Positions 1-11,500 of a stretch of DNA of 64,000 bases are shown one piece after another. Position numbers and translations under genes: made by a program. The stretch is taken from NCBI GenBank assembly GCA_051362555.1, contig CM120647.1, positions 20,188,651-20,252,650 of the forward strand, read 5' to 3'. This DNA is from Lingula anatina (lineage: Eukaryota; Animalia; Brachiopoda). The notes beneath the pieces were generated by a model that saw nothing but the letters and a program-made list of their open reading frames with translations, was not told where the DNA came from and did no database searches. Within the stretch, counting starts at the first letter, position 1. Each line of letters opens with the position of its first letter.

Positions 1-96
1 TGATCCTTATTAAGGTCACTGAGAGAGGCAGGTGGGCCAGAAGACAAAAAAAAAGTGCGAGCGGCTTGAGTGAAACGAAGGAACGAGCAGTCTTTG

Positions 97-355
97 ACTA
101 TGTTCCCAAAAACTCATCGTTCTAGCTGATTCGATCTTACTCCGTGGAGCTTCTCGCTAAAATGTTTTTAGTGTAATCAGCTTAATTGTCTGGAACGCTC
201 CCATGAGTAACTAGCCTTGACTTTCGTTAATTACCCCTAGCAAGTTGAGCAGGCGTGCCAGAAATATCAGCGGCTTATATTTAATGCAATTTAGCGAGAA
301 TCCCCGCAGAGTTGGATCAATCCAGCTAGTACGATGGGTTTATGGGAACGGTCCT
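97..355. mobile_element. ~250 bp MITE-like inverted-repeat element (same family as 35155-35360, 49916-50170, 60510-60710)
   Basis: Left arm TTCCCAAAAACTCATCGTTCTAGCTGATTCGATC..CTCCGTGGAG..CTCGCTAAA is roughly the reverse complement of right arm TTTAGCGAGAATCCCCGCAGAGTTGGATCAATCCAGCTAGTACGATGGGTTTATGGGAA. Similar arms recur elsewhere in the window. Ends approximate. Confidence 0.5.
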
Positions 356-2049
356 TCTGACCACTTATGCCGCTGTGTGCCGAGGTCAGTTTCCGTCAAT
401 AGACTTTTCAAATTTGAAGAACATTTTCACTTGTCCTCGAATTACGGACGTTTGTTTATGTTGACAAGTCGAATTATGGACCTAGTTTGGCTAATTATTA
501 CTTAAATTTGGTTAAACGTGTATTTAAGAATAATATGGATCGCTTTACCCGTTTGATGTACTATGTGGAAGAATAAAAACTAACTAACTAGAACACATTT
601 TGTTTTGTTGTTATCTCTTTAAATAGTAGGTTTTAGGGGAGCGATCCAGTTGAGAGTACCGTTTGACGTGTAATGAATTTTGGCCCACTCTCACAAATAT
701 TTAAAGAGTAGGCTGCAATATTTAAAACTAATTAACACTGACGTAAATGAAAAGGTTGTAATATGGTGTATGGATTTGTTGTTGACAAACAAATATTGTC
801 TATGACCCAACTTTGAAGGGGGTGAGAGTAGATCTCCACCGTATCAGTGTTTGTGTAAGTATGGCCTCGTATCCGGAGATAAACAGATAAACAGCTTTTA
901 GATGTCTGGTTGGTTCTAGAAAATTCCCATGTAGAAGGTATTCTTGTATTCATCCTTCACTTACGTACTTAATACAGGACCCTGAGCATAACTGAATAAA
1001 TCTTAATGTTAGAGATTTCGGATGGAAATAAACCTTAAGCTTCTAAAATGTTAATTGTAAAGATGAGCAAACAGATACTAAATGATAAATTAAAAATGCT
1101 TTTTACGGTTTCTGAAATCACCTTTGATATTTAATTGAAAATAAATGCATCTCGCTCTTCGCACATATCTGAAACCCTGTTACAGCGGGTTTGCGACCGC
1201 TTGGAGACCGTTACCTACACTCACCCCTTCAAAGTTGGGGTTTGGACAATATTTGATTGTCAACATCAAATCCGTACATTATACTGCAGCCTTTTCTGTT
1301 ACATCAGCTTTAATTAGCCTTGAATATTGCAGCAATTTCTTTATTTAAATATATTGCAGAATGGGCCAAAATTTGTTCTATAAGCGGTGGCAGCCCCCGA
1401 TGAAACAGGGGCTTAAGAATGAACGTACTGTGACAGTATTTAAACACTCTTTGAAAATAAGTGGTCAGCTGGGGGTGGCCTTTAGCGTATTGCACTAACG
1501 TATGAGAAAAATTCTCCATACTTAAGGGGTTCCTTACATTTACGTCGTACAAGTCGTATACGTCTCGAGTACGCAGGTAATAAATAAATAAATAAATAAA
1601 AGTAAATCGTTGGTGTACGTTCGCATACGCGGAAGGAGGTAAAATGTGTTCAGTATATTAAAAAGATACGCTGTTTACATGTTCATTTTCATTCGCTAGA
1701 AAAAGGCGATTTCATTCGCTCAAAATTGTGTGTATGATCGATTTTACATGCGATACATATACCGGTACGAACCTCTGTACGCTAGATGTGACAGAGCTTT
1801 TACGAAGACGATGTGTACCTCTACGAAGAGGGATACGTGGTTCTGCTTCAAGAAGTTCACATGGGAACACTTAGAATGAGTTTAGAGTGAAAGCTGTGCT
1901 CAGCATGCAGTAGTGCTAGTACTGGAAGCCTCCACCGTGTCTTACAGGACACCCCTCTGTCACACGTACATCGATCAGTATATATCTGTCGCTGTTAGCA
2001 TTCTCTAAGCGACATGCTTATTATGAGGGCTAGCTTTCAATAAATTATG

Positions 2050-2160
2050 AAACTCTGAGAGTTTTTTATCGTGTCATTAAAATCATATTAAGCTCGGAAA
2101 ATGAAAACGAAACTCTGAAAGTTTTTATCGTGTCATTTAAATCATATTAAGCCCAGAAAA
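2050..2160. repeat. Two-copy ~60 bp direct tandem duplication
   Basis: AAACTCTGA(G/A)AGTTTTT(T)ATCGTGTCATT(A/T)AAATCATATTAAGC occurs at ~2050 and ~2110. Confidence 0.8.
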
Positions 2161-2284
2161 TAAGAAAAATTGCACGCTGTTGGTGAATACATCCAGAGGG
2201 CAATTTCGAAAAGAAATGAGCATCTGCCACACTGAAGTAGCCTCTTCCTGCTATTAAATATTATATGTACCATAAGCATGCCAC

Positions 2285-2394
<110 letters not shown>

Positions 2395-2576
2395 AATTTA
2401 TGTCCTGCCAGTGTATTAATCTATCTATAACTGTAATAAGTATTCTAAACACTGTATGAGTAGTAATCCATAGTTATGTTTCTTTCTTTCTTTCTTTATT
2501 TATTATTGAGCCATGTACCCCTTTCTTTAGAAGACGTTACGTGTACGTGTAGTTCTTTTCTTTAGGTTTGACTCAC

Positions 2577-2715
2577 CCCAGTGGCAACATCCGAAATTCT
2601 TGCGTTTCAATTGTTCCTCCGGCCCTGGTGACATCTCTTCGTGTTGGAATTCCTCAAAATAAGGTGACTTTCTGTCTCCGGCACCGTCCCCATTGCTGGC
2701 ACTAGCATCTCCCAT
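2577..2715 (-). CDS. Possible first coding exon of an unidentified minus-strand gene (MGDASASNGDGAGDRKSPYFEEFQHEEMSPGPEEQLKRKNFGCCHW...)
   Basis: ATG at 2715; open frame ends at a consensus donor G|GTGAGT (2577/2576). Upstream acceptor ...GGCGCAG| at 2777 and a further donor CAG|GTAAAG near 3128 suggest a 5'UTR intron. No recognisable homology, and no downstream exon was identified. Confidence 0.35.
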
Positions 2716-3392
2716 TATTAATCTCAGTCTGTCGCTTCTGTATACGTTTGATAAAGACCCCTGTCCAAAGAAACGCCTGCGCCGTGACACAAATTTAAAA
2801 TGAAAATAAACTTGGCTCTAAAAGTACTTTGTCAGAATTTTATGTAAGTTCATGTGGATTTTTTCTCGAGGTTTTGTAAGTCAAATTGCTCAAAGGCTCG
2901 CGCAGACTGTACGATATTTGCTCATTTTCATGTTCGGTGTGTCTAAAACCTTATGCCCAATAAAAGCGTCGGTTAGTTATCATTTTTTTTTCTTGCGCCA
3001 GCCGAAAAAAGTCACTGAAATGGAGTAAAACGCCAGGCTCTCAGTTTCGCCAGACAGTAGATATCGTAGATCAGCACGCAACTGAAAGTGTTCACCGGAC
3101 TTCAACACAATAAAGCAATAGCTTTACCTGACCCGAGTCAGTTCAGTAAAACTTGTTTGGTGGGTGTTAAGCACAATAGATGTGCCCCATTCAATAGAAT
3201 AATCGCAGCAGTTATAGGGTGAAGGTGAGTGCGGGTTGACCTCACACACACACACACATGGGATGTCAAGCAGGAAATGGAAGCAGACGATATAGTTTCT
3301 TTTTATGCTCCGGGCTTAAACATAAAAGATTTAAGTTTGTTGTAATCATGATGGATTTGTTTTTGATGACCCAACAAAGGAGCACTATACAA

Positions 3393-3440
<48 letters not shown>
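3393..3440. repeat. (ATT)n microsatellite
   Basis: Direct observation. Confidence 0.95.
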
Positions 3441-4168
3441 GTTTACCGAGTACTAAAGTGTTGGTTGAGGACTGCGCCAGGGACCCCGCTCTCAGTCAGC
3501 GAGATCTCGATTGATTTTACGGTTATTTGCGAGACTGCAGACTGTCACATATGACGTCGATATTGATAATACAACAGTTTCATTTTATTTAGAACGCTCG
3601 CACTCTGGTTCACGTTGCTCGAAGACGTGAGGGGTCGAGATAAGTTTGATAAGCCGTTGTCACTGTTTGCCTTGGCTATCATGTTCTACTTTTACTTCGA
3701 TAAGCTGTAACCTTTCTCAGTTCCTAGTAAAAATGTGCCTGCAATTTTGGGTGAATAAAACGTTTTATTTGTCCAATTTGAAATCAGAAGATACGGTATG
3801 CAGTGTTTAGCATACACATTATCACACGCGCACACACACATTTTACACAGTTTAACTGACTAAAACCAATTTTATATCCAAACACGGTGTAATTTTATCT
3901 CATTTCCAAACAGCAATGCTTTCTTTCTTTAGATGCATTAATAAATAAAACTTAACAACGAACGACCAAATGAATGAAACATTATTAATGTACAAACGAA
4001 TGATTTGAAGGTCTGCCGAATTTTAGAATCGTTCATTCATTCATCCATTCATTTTCCTTTCAAAAAGGAAAACGTTTGCGTTTTTCCGCCAAATTATAGA
4101 CCACCATATAACCAGCAAACAGACACTACCCAATCTTGACGATTCAGCCACAAGCAGCCGCACTCTGG

Positions 4169-4215
<47 letters not shown>
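4169..4215. repeat. Poly-T run
   Basis: About 46 T; explains the poly-K ORFs on the minus strand. Confidence 0.95.
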
Positions 4216-4216
<1 letters not shown>

Positions 4217-4935
4217 GCGAGGACAACTCCTTTGATCGTACTGCAAATTAGCGGTTACGCTGATATAGGAAATCCAACACATGTACGACAACAATTATGA
4301 TAAGAAATCCTGCCGTGAATAGTTCAGCTTTAACATTTTCAATTCCATAAAAACCCGGTGCAAGTTACAATCATAATCCGAAACATCAACTATAATAGAG
4401 TGCGAGCACTAACATTTCAGCAAAGCATTGCCTGCTTGCTCGCTTGCGCATACATTAAAGCACATACAAAACAACCCAAAAATAGACTATGAGCTCCCTG
4501 TTATGCAAACATTTTGGGAAAAAATTCGTGTAAGAACTGATTTCAAACATTAAAATGAACAGATTTTACCCTGACACATATTTCAAGTTTACGGACGTCA
4601 GGGAATTCACACCTAACCTCTTCTTGATATATTAATTTATTAACCAATCAAAAAGGAATATACACGACGGCGATGTTTAATAGGCAATAACAATCAATAA
4701 CAATTAAGTGTTCATTGATATCTTATTAATAATTTTATTTCATAAGTTAAACATACCGATCAAGATCCATGTTTTATGAAAACATCTCGCAAAGATCTTA
4801 TTTACTTTTTTGCCGGTGTGACAGGAATGGTTGTCCGCTGGACACCGCAGTCTGTTCCCCACTAATTTGTACGGGTGACATTAGTTCCATATACTTACCC
4901 CAATACTCTAACTAACCCTTATCATATGGGACCCC

Positions 4936-5254
4936 CAGGGGCGTATTTAGAGGGGGGTCAGGACCACAGGGGGGGGGGGGGGGGGTCAGGGTGGTCCTGA
5001 CCCCCCCCCCCTTTTCGGTTTCTGAAAAAAATATCACACCAATATTCCCCTCTTGAAATTAGAATTTTGACTAGCTAAATCATAGTTCTAAACCGTACCA
5101 AAGGGCACAGTTTGCCCTCCAAAACACCAAAAAATTTTCGGGGTCCTTGAGCAGGCCCTGAACCCCACGTCAAGAGGGCTATGGTGGGCTTCGCATCCGA
5201 GGCCTGTCGTTCTGGACACCCCCCTCCCTTAAAATAATCCTGGATCCGCCCGTG
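4936..5254. mobile_element. Short G/C-tract non-autonomous element (CAGGGGCG...GGATCCGCCCGTG ends)
   Basis: Imperfect terminal inverted repeats. Internal TCTTGAAATTAGAATTTTGACTAGCT.AATCATAGTTCTAAACCGTACCAAA is shared with the copy at 28568-28753. Confidence 0.65.
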
Positions 5255-6027
5255 ACCCCGGACTCGCATTCCTGTCATACCTGCTGAAAAACAACGTGCT
5301 CTCCATGACGGTTCGAGCCCTCTATTTTAGCTCATTACCATCGCATGGTGTCTGGAGGTGATCACTTGAATAAAACTGAAAATTAGACCTTGGTTGCAAC
5401 GACACGAAATGTTTGCTAAACATACATAATAATTAGACTTCGTCATTCACGGCACAGTCACAATTAACCTGGGTAAAAGCACCTGTGAGTTAAACTTTAA
5501 CCAGGACACTGTAATCGGTCCAGTGAAGAACAGGAAAACAGATACGCTCGTATGTTGAACAATACATGTACCTTTCTTTATTGATTTGTAGAAGATTGCG
5601 GCAAACTTTTTCCATATATCAATGTTTCTATGTATCGTACCCATCAAGACCCCAGTTACTTATAAATCTCATACTACGTAGGCGAGACACCTACATCTCT
5701 ATCAAACACTATCTTTTCTCATAATAAAGGCGAGAAACCTAATACACTCTCCCAGTAGGAGCTACCTTCCACTCTGCAAGGGGCGCTGTCAAAATACACG
5801 TCCCCAGAGGCCCAGCTCTGTTGTGTTATTTTGGTAAAGTGGATTATTACTAGGGCATGGGCCGACCACCCCCAACACAATATGCCCCCGCCCCCACCCC
5901 CTCCGCGCTCCAGGTCCTCAACACACATGCGTGCACACACACGCAGTCATACGCTCAGATTAAACTTTTCCGGTCAAACTCTCCAACTTGCTGCAATCTG
6001 GTTTATATTATTAAGATTCTGTAAGTT

Positions 6028-6207
6028 TCATACAACTTGTAGTCTGGGTAATAATTCGGGCACAATGTCTTTTTGTGAGTCTAAAGTCTCGTATTCTTGT
6101 ATCACAGAGGTTATGGACTCCAGACTCTCGGCGAAGTCGCTGACTTCCATCCCGTCCACGTGTGTGTAGTGGTGAATGTGAGCCTGGAAACAGAATACAT
6201 AAATTAA

Positions 6208-6242
<35 letters not shown>

Positions 6243-8494
6243 ATTAGTAACTGAGTGAGTTTATAAAAAAGTAAGTAAATAAGCAACATGATAAATTAAT
6301 GAATTAATGAAGAAAGAACAGAGAATGAAAATGAAAACAATAAAATGAAAACATTAAAAAAGAATGAACGATTGAAAGAAAGGATGAATAAAACAATAAA
6401 CAAACAAACAAAACACAGACATACACAAATAAATAAGACATCCTAGATTTCCTGGTAACTTCCTACCTTTCTCTTATACAGCTTGCTGAACCTGTCCCTG
6501 AGGTCAGAAAAGGTGTGTCTGATACAGGTATTGTTAGCTAGGGTCAGTAGGGTGTGGGGCTGACCAACAGGAGGGACGGAACACAGGCCAGTCTTCCAAC
6601 CTTCCTGGTTCCAGTAGATAAACTTCAAGGACGGCTTCAGTCTGGGAGAAATAAGAATTAGGTTTTAGGTAGCAATGGTTTTTGTAAAATCTTTTGACAC
6701 AAATCTGACTGATGTAGAATTGTTTTTAAGGTATATATTATTGGATTTTTGCACTTGTGGTGAACTTGATGAACGGCTTCAGTCTGTGAGAAATAAGAAT
6801 TAGGTTAGGTTTTAGGTAGTAACGGTCTCTGATATATCTTTTAATAATAAACTGATATTAGATTCTCTTTGACATAAAAACAATAATAAAACGTTTTCAG
6901 GGTAAAAAAAGTGTCCATGTCAATCTTGAATTACTAACACAATTTAACACCTATTATACAGTAGAGACTTAGCGACCGAGTGGGCCACACATAGATGACA
7001 ATAAAAATCTCTGTAATAAATTTATTACAACTACTACATGTACCATATAATCAGTCACATCGACACAAACTTGTACTCTGAAGATAGAGGTATCAACACT
7101 TACCTCTCTATATTCCTCCTGATATCTGACACCTCTACACTCCCCCGTACCATCAGGGCACAGGCCAGATACAGACCATGTTTAGGGTCAGCTTTGATGA
7201 GCTGGTGGTCCTTGGAAAATGCATCACTAAACATCTGGTCTAATCTATATAAAGATAATAAAAGCATGATGCAATATAAGAAAACTAATCGTGTTTTAAA
7301 CATTTCAAATTCCAGACTTTTTTGTAAAGTCTGGAATCCAAAATGCCTGGTATATCCATAAAATGATGTAATATAATAATAACAAGATGCAATTTTAAAA
7401 CACCCAGAATTCATTAATTTATAAAATAATGAATCAACATTTAATTCTTCTCCATTCTAAATTTAACTTAAATCCGTCCACTAACTTTCTGAGTAGGCAG
7501 GTTAAATAAAAAAGAAAAACAATTAAAGGCAAAAACATAACCTCCTTGTCATGACAGGAGTTTAAAACTTTTTTTATCATGTTTTATAATATGATCATTA
7601 AGAGCGCATTCAGAACAGTGGACTAACAGACCCGCGAATCAAATATGGCCGACCCACTTGAATGGGTCGGCCATATTTGATCCGCGGATATGTTAGTCTA
7701 CTGTTCTAAATGCTTGTTGCATTTTCTCCACGTGGAATGTATTCAGTGTCTTATCGAGGAATTATGCTGCAAACTTTTTAGTGGGTTGTCATATTGGATC
7801 CACTGAACTGTTAGTCTGCAGTTCTGAATGTGCTCTAAGGCTGTATTCAGAACAGTGGACTAACTAGTCTGAGGGTCAAATATGGCAACCTCCTCCAAAG
7901 CTTGCTGTCTAATAAGGTAACAGACACTGAATAGAATCCCTGTAAGGAAGTATTCAAGTGGGTCGGACATATTTGACCCTCGGACAAGTAAGTACGCTGT
8001 TCTAAATACGCTCTAAATTCTTACCTTCTTGGGGGTATCTTCATATCAGCAGAGGCATACAGAGGGGTCTGGCTGGAGATCAGGTAGTGTAACTTTGGAA
8101 ACGGGACCAGGTTCATTGTGATCTCGTTTAAATCCACGTTCAGAGAACCTTCAAATCTGGCCGAGCTGAAATGGTTCAAAAATAAGTGCAATAGTAAGAG
8201 ACTTATTAAATTATACTCCCTTTAAATGACATAAAAACAAAAAAAAAAAAAATACTGAAAAAGAACAAATCTGTTCTAATAATGATAATAACAATAAAGT
8301 TATTTTAAAATGCATCTTATGTACTACCACATCTAAGCAATGTGTCCTAGAATATTATCAACATAATTTTCTTTATCTTTTTTTTTAACCTTCTCAAGGG
8401 ACCAACTACTAGTATGTTGTATGAGGTAGGGGATGACAATGAACTATATTTTTCTGCATGTACATGAACTTCATAAAACTCAACAACAATTTCC

Positions 8495-8535
<41 letters not shown>

Positions 8536-11500
8536 TGTTGTATATGTAATTCTCATTTTGGCTTTTATTTTTGGGGGGTGTTTGTACATGTGCGCATGTA
8601 CTCATCTAACAATACCTGGTTAAATTCAGCAACAAATTTGCCACAATATTATTCATGGTATCAAATGGCTGTTCATCTGGTCCCTTCACTATACTGCCAT
8701 GACTAGAGGCTATGCTGCTGGCTGCCTTCACGTTGCCTGATATCCCCACTGTTTTCTTGCCCAGGTTTGATGGCGGCAGAGCTTGGCTGATCTTGTTGAC
8801 AATATCTACCAGAGCCTGAAATATATTGTTGTGCAGTGCAAAATATGTCTGAGTTCAGCAGTTGTTTACAGATTGAAAGTATTATTGTAACTTTGAGTGT
8901 AAATTAAAACATGTATGTATGGCTGATAACTGAAAAATGAAGAAAAATATTAAATGTCCATTCTTTATGCCTGCAATAAATGCTCACTGTCACTAATTTA
9001 AAATGAAAATAAATTTTGCTTTTCTGAAAGTTTTTGCATCACAATCCCTTGGTTCTTGACTGGAAAAGTGATCTTTCTACCTTAAGCTGACACACATTTA
9101 GAAACGCCATGGAACCTAGATCAAACATCCTTTTGAATTTTTTCCTGACAAAACATTGCTATTTTAGAAATGTCTACATTAATGTAATAATTAAACCCTA
9201 TATTACTGCTCAATAGTTTCTATCCATATGACACAATTTGTTATACATTTTTAATGTTACTCCATGTGTTTGGAAGTGTTACTAACCTGGTTCTCCACTG
9301 GTAATACACAGTCAGCGTTTTCAGTCAGTTCTCTCATGGCTAGCACACTGTTATAGGGAGAGGTTATCACATCATCTTCAGCAGATGGGTACACAGCAGT
9401 GACAAACCTAAATATATATGAGAAATATATAAATAAGATCAATGAGGAAAAAAACGTATCAATTAAGAAGCAATAATAAATTTTAAGGTTTTATTACTAG
9501 CTGTGAGGAGTAATTTACTCAGTGAAGAAACTTAAACAATTTACCTTAAAATTTTTCTGAATATTCTACTGGTACAATTAATCTAAGGAACAAAACTTAC
9601 ATCATCACCAAAAGAGAGGTTATTTATTACTTTGATTTTTATTGTATCCATTTATTTATTTGGTGAATATTTGTGGAGGGGGAGAATCAATTGAGTGTTT
9701 ATTTTTTTAAAAAAATCTATGAATATAACTAATTTAAAACATGCAAAATAAATTGCCATTCTTGATCATTCATCACCAGTTATTATTTTTTATTTACATA
9801 AACATTTGTAAAAGAAACTGTTACTACTCAGAAGTCCATCATTACTTTAACATACCCTTATTTGTTTCTGTATATGGTGCACTAAACTTTTAAAAAAATG
9901 CCATGTGCTGCCAGTTACCCAGTAGTGTCACCATCCTCAGTTATCCAGTTAGTGTCACCACCCTCTATGTGACAAACACCACCTCCTTGGCAGCTGTTGC
10001 AAACTTCAGTTGACATTCTTGATTGCAATCAGAACCAGTTTACCTGGGCTGCCAGAATACAGGTAAACAATGGATGCCACTTTTAATCACCATCCTCATC
10101 ACATTACCTGGAGCCAGTTAACTCTACCTGCAGTACCATACCACAGGTAAGACACCAGTGACACCTCCTGATTGCAATCAGCACCAGTTAACCTGTCCAG
10201 GTAAACAAAAGGTGTCATCTACCACAGGGGGTCAGTGACAAACAAACACCCCTGTCACCTGTCAATCTGGTCACTGTCACCCACTGACCAATTGTGCTTA
10301 GTTTTACATAGGTGGCTGAAGCAAAGTGCCAATCAGAGGCATGTTTGCAAACTGGCAGGTGGCAGGGGGGTGACATGTTATAAAAAGGGAAGCCAATGTT
10401 TGGCAGGACACAACAGCTTTGGCATCTTCAGTGTCAACTTGTCTCTGTGTCGCCTTGTGACTTGTACTGTGTCACCAGACTGACAAATTTGTGTCAAGTT
10501 GTGAGTTGTACTGTTCTGTCAAGCTAAGTGTCACAGTGTCAGCTATCACCAACTGCCAAAAAGGAAACTTAGTGCCAACTTTGTGCCACCTGATGATGTC
10601 AAGTTATATATCCAGCATGGAGACAAACCTCAACCTGCCAACTGACAGTGAAATCCAGGTATGTTTTTGCATGCTTCATGTCTTAATGGTTTAAGAAGTC
10701 TGTGCTCTGTGAGAAAAGTAATATCAGTTCAGCACCAGTTCAGTACCATGTTTTTTTAAATTTCTCCCTGATGAAACTAAGTGAAACTACCTAAGATCAA
10801 GGCTCTAGCAAAGAGAAACTTATTTTGTAAAGCAATTAGATTTTTTTTTTTTTGTGAATAAAGTCATATCCCTGTAATAAGTGTAATGTTTAAGCACAAA
10901 AGCCATTTAAGTGATAATAAAAAGAACTAGTTAATATTTCTGTTTACTTCTTACACATGAAAATTCTTGGTTTCTGAATTTCAGCGAGTAATATACAATA
11001 ATAATAAATAAATAAATGAATTGTTATATATATTTTATATTTAGTTGAGGTTATATCACTAGTAAACAGTAGTGTTTTTATGTATGAAGTGTGTGTCTTT
11101 ACACGAATTCTAACATATTGTCCTCTTCATCTTACAGGCTGTTTTGTCCTTCACGGGCCAGCATGCATCACTGTACCACCAAAGTGATTTGGACCAAGCA
11201 AATGCCAATCCAACATACACTGCTGAGATCCACAGCATCCACAGTTCCCTTGCCTCAGAAGATCCAGCCATTCAATCTGCCTCTCAGTTACTGCCGGTGT
11301 CTACTACAACAAATCCACTTCCCAGTGGAGATGATGGAGATTATGCCACATTAAGGGACATTCTTCAGGAAGAAATCAGCTCCTCCCAAGTGCCATTAAG
11401 CCTGCTCAGCGGTGTCGCCAAACAAGTTCCCATCAGTGTGCGAGCGTCATTCTTGGATCTTCTCTTTATGAGACTACGACTACGTGCAACGAGCCAAGTA

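Noticed and set aside
9900-10560. CRISPR-like or satellite array explanation for the short repeated motifs
   Set aside because: Motifs are 5-6 bp, in both orientations and irregularly spaced; eukaryotic context with no cas genes.
11144-11146. TTG start of the 468-aa homeobox ORF
   Set aside because: It lies 6 nt after a splice acceptor; an in-phase upstream exon supplies an ATG at 10593.
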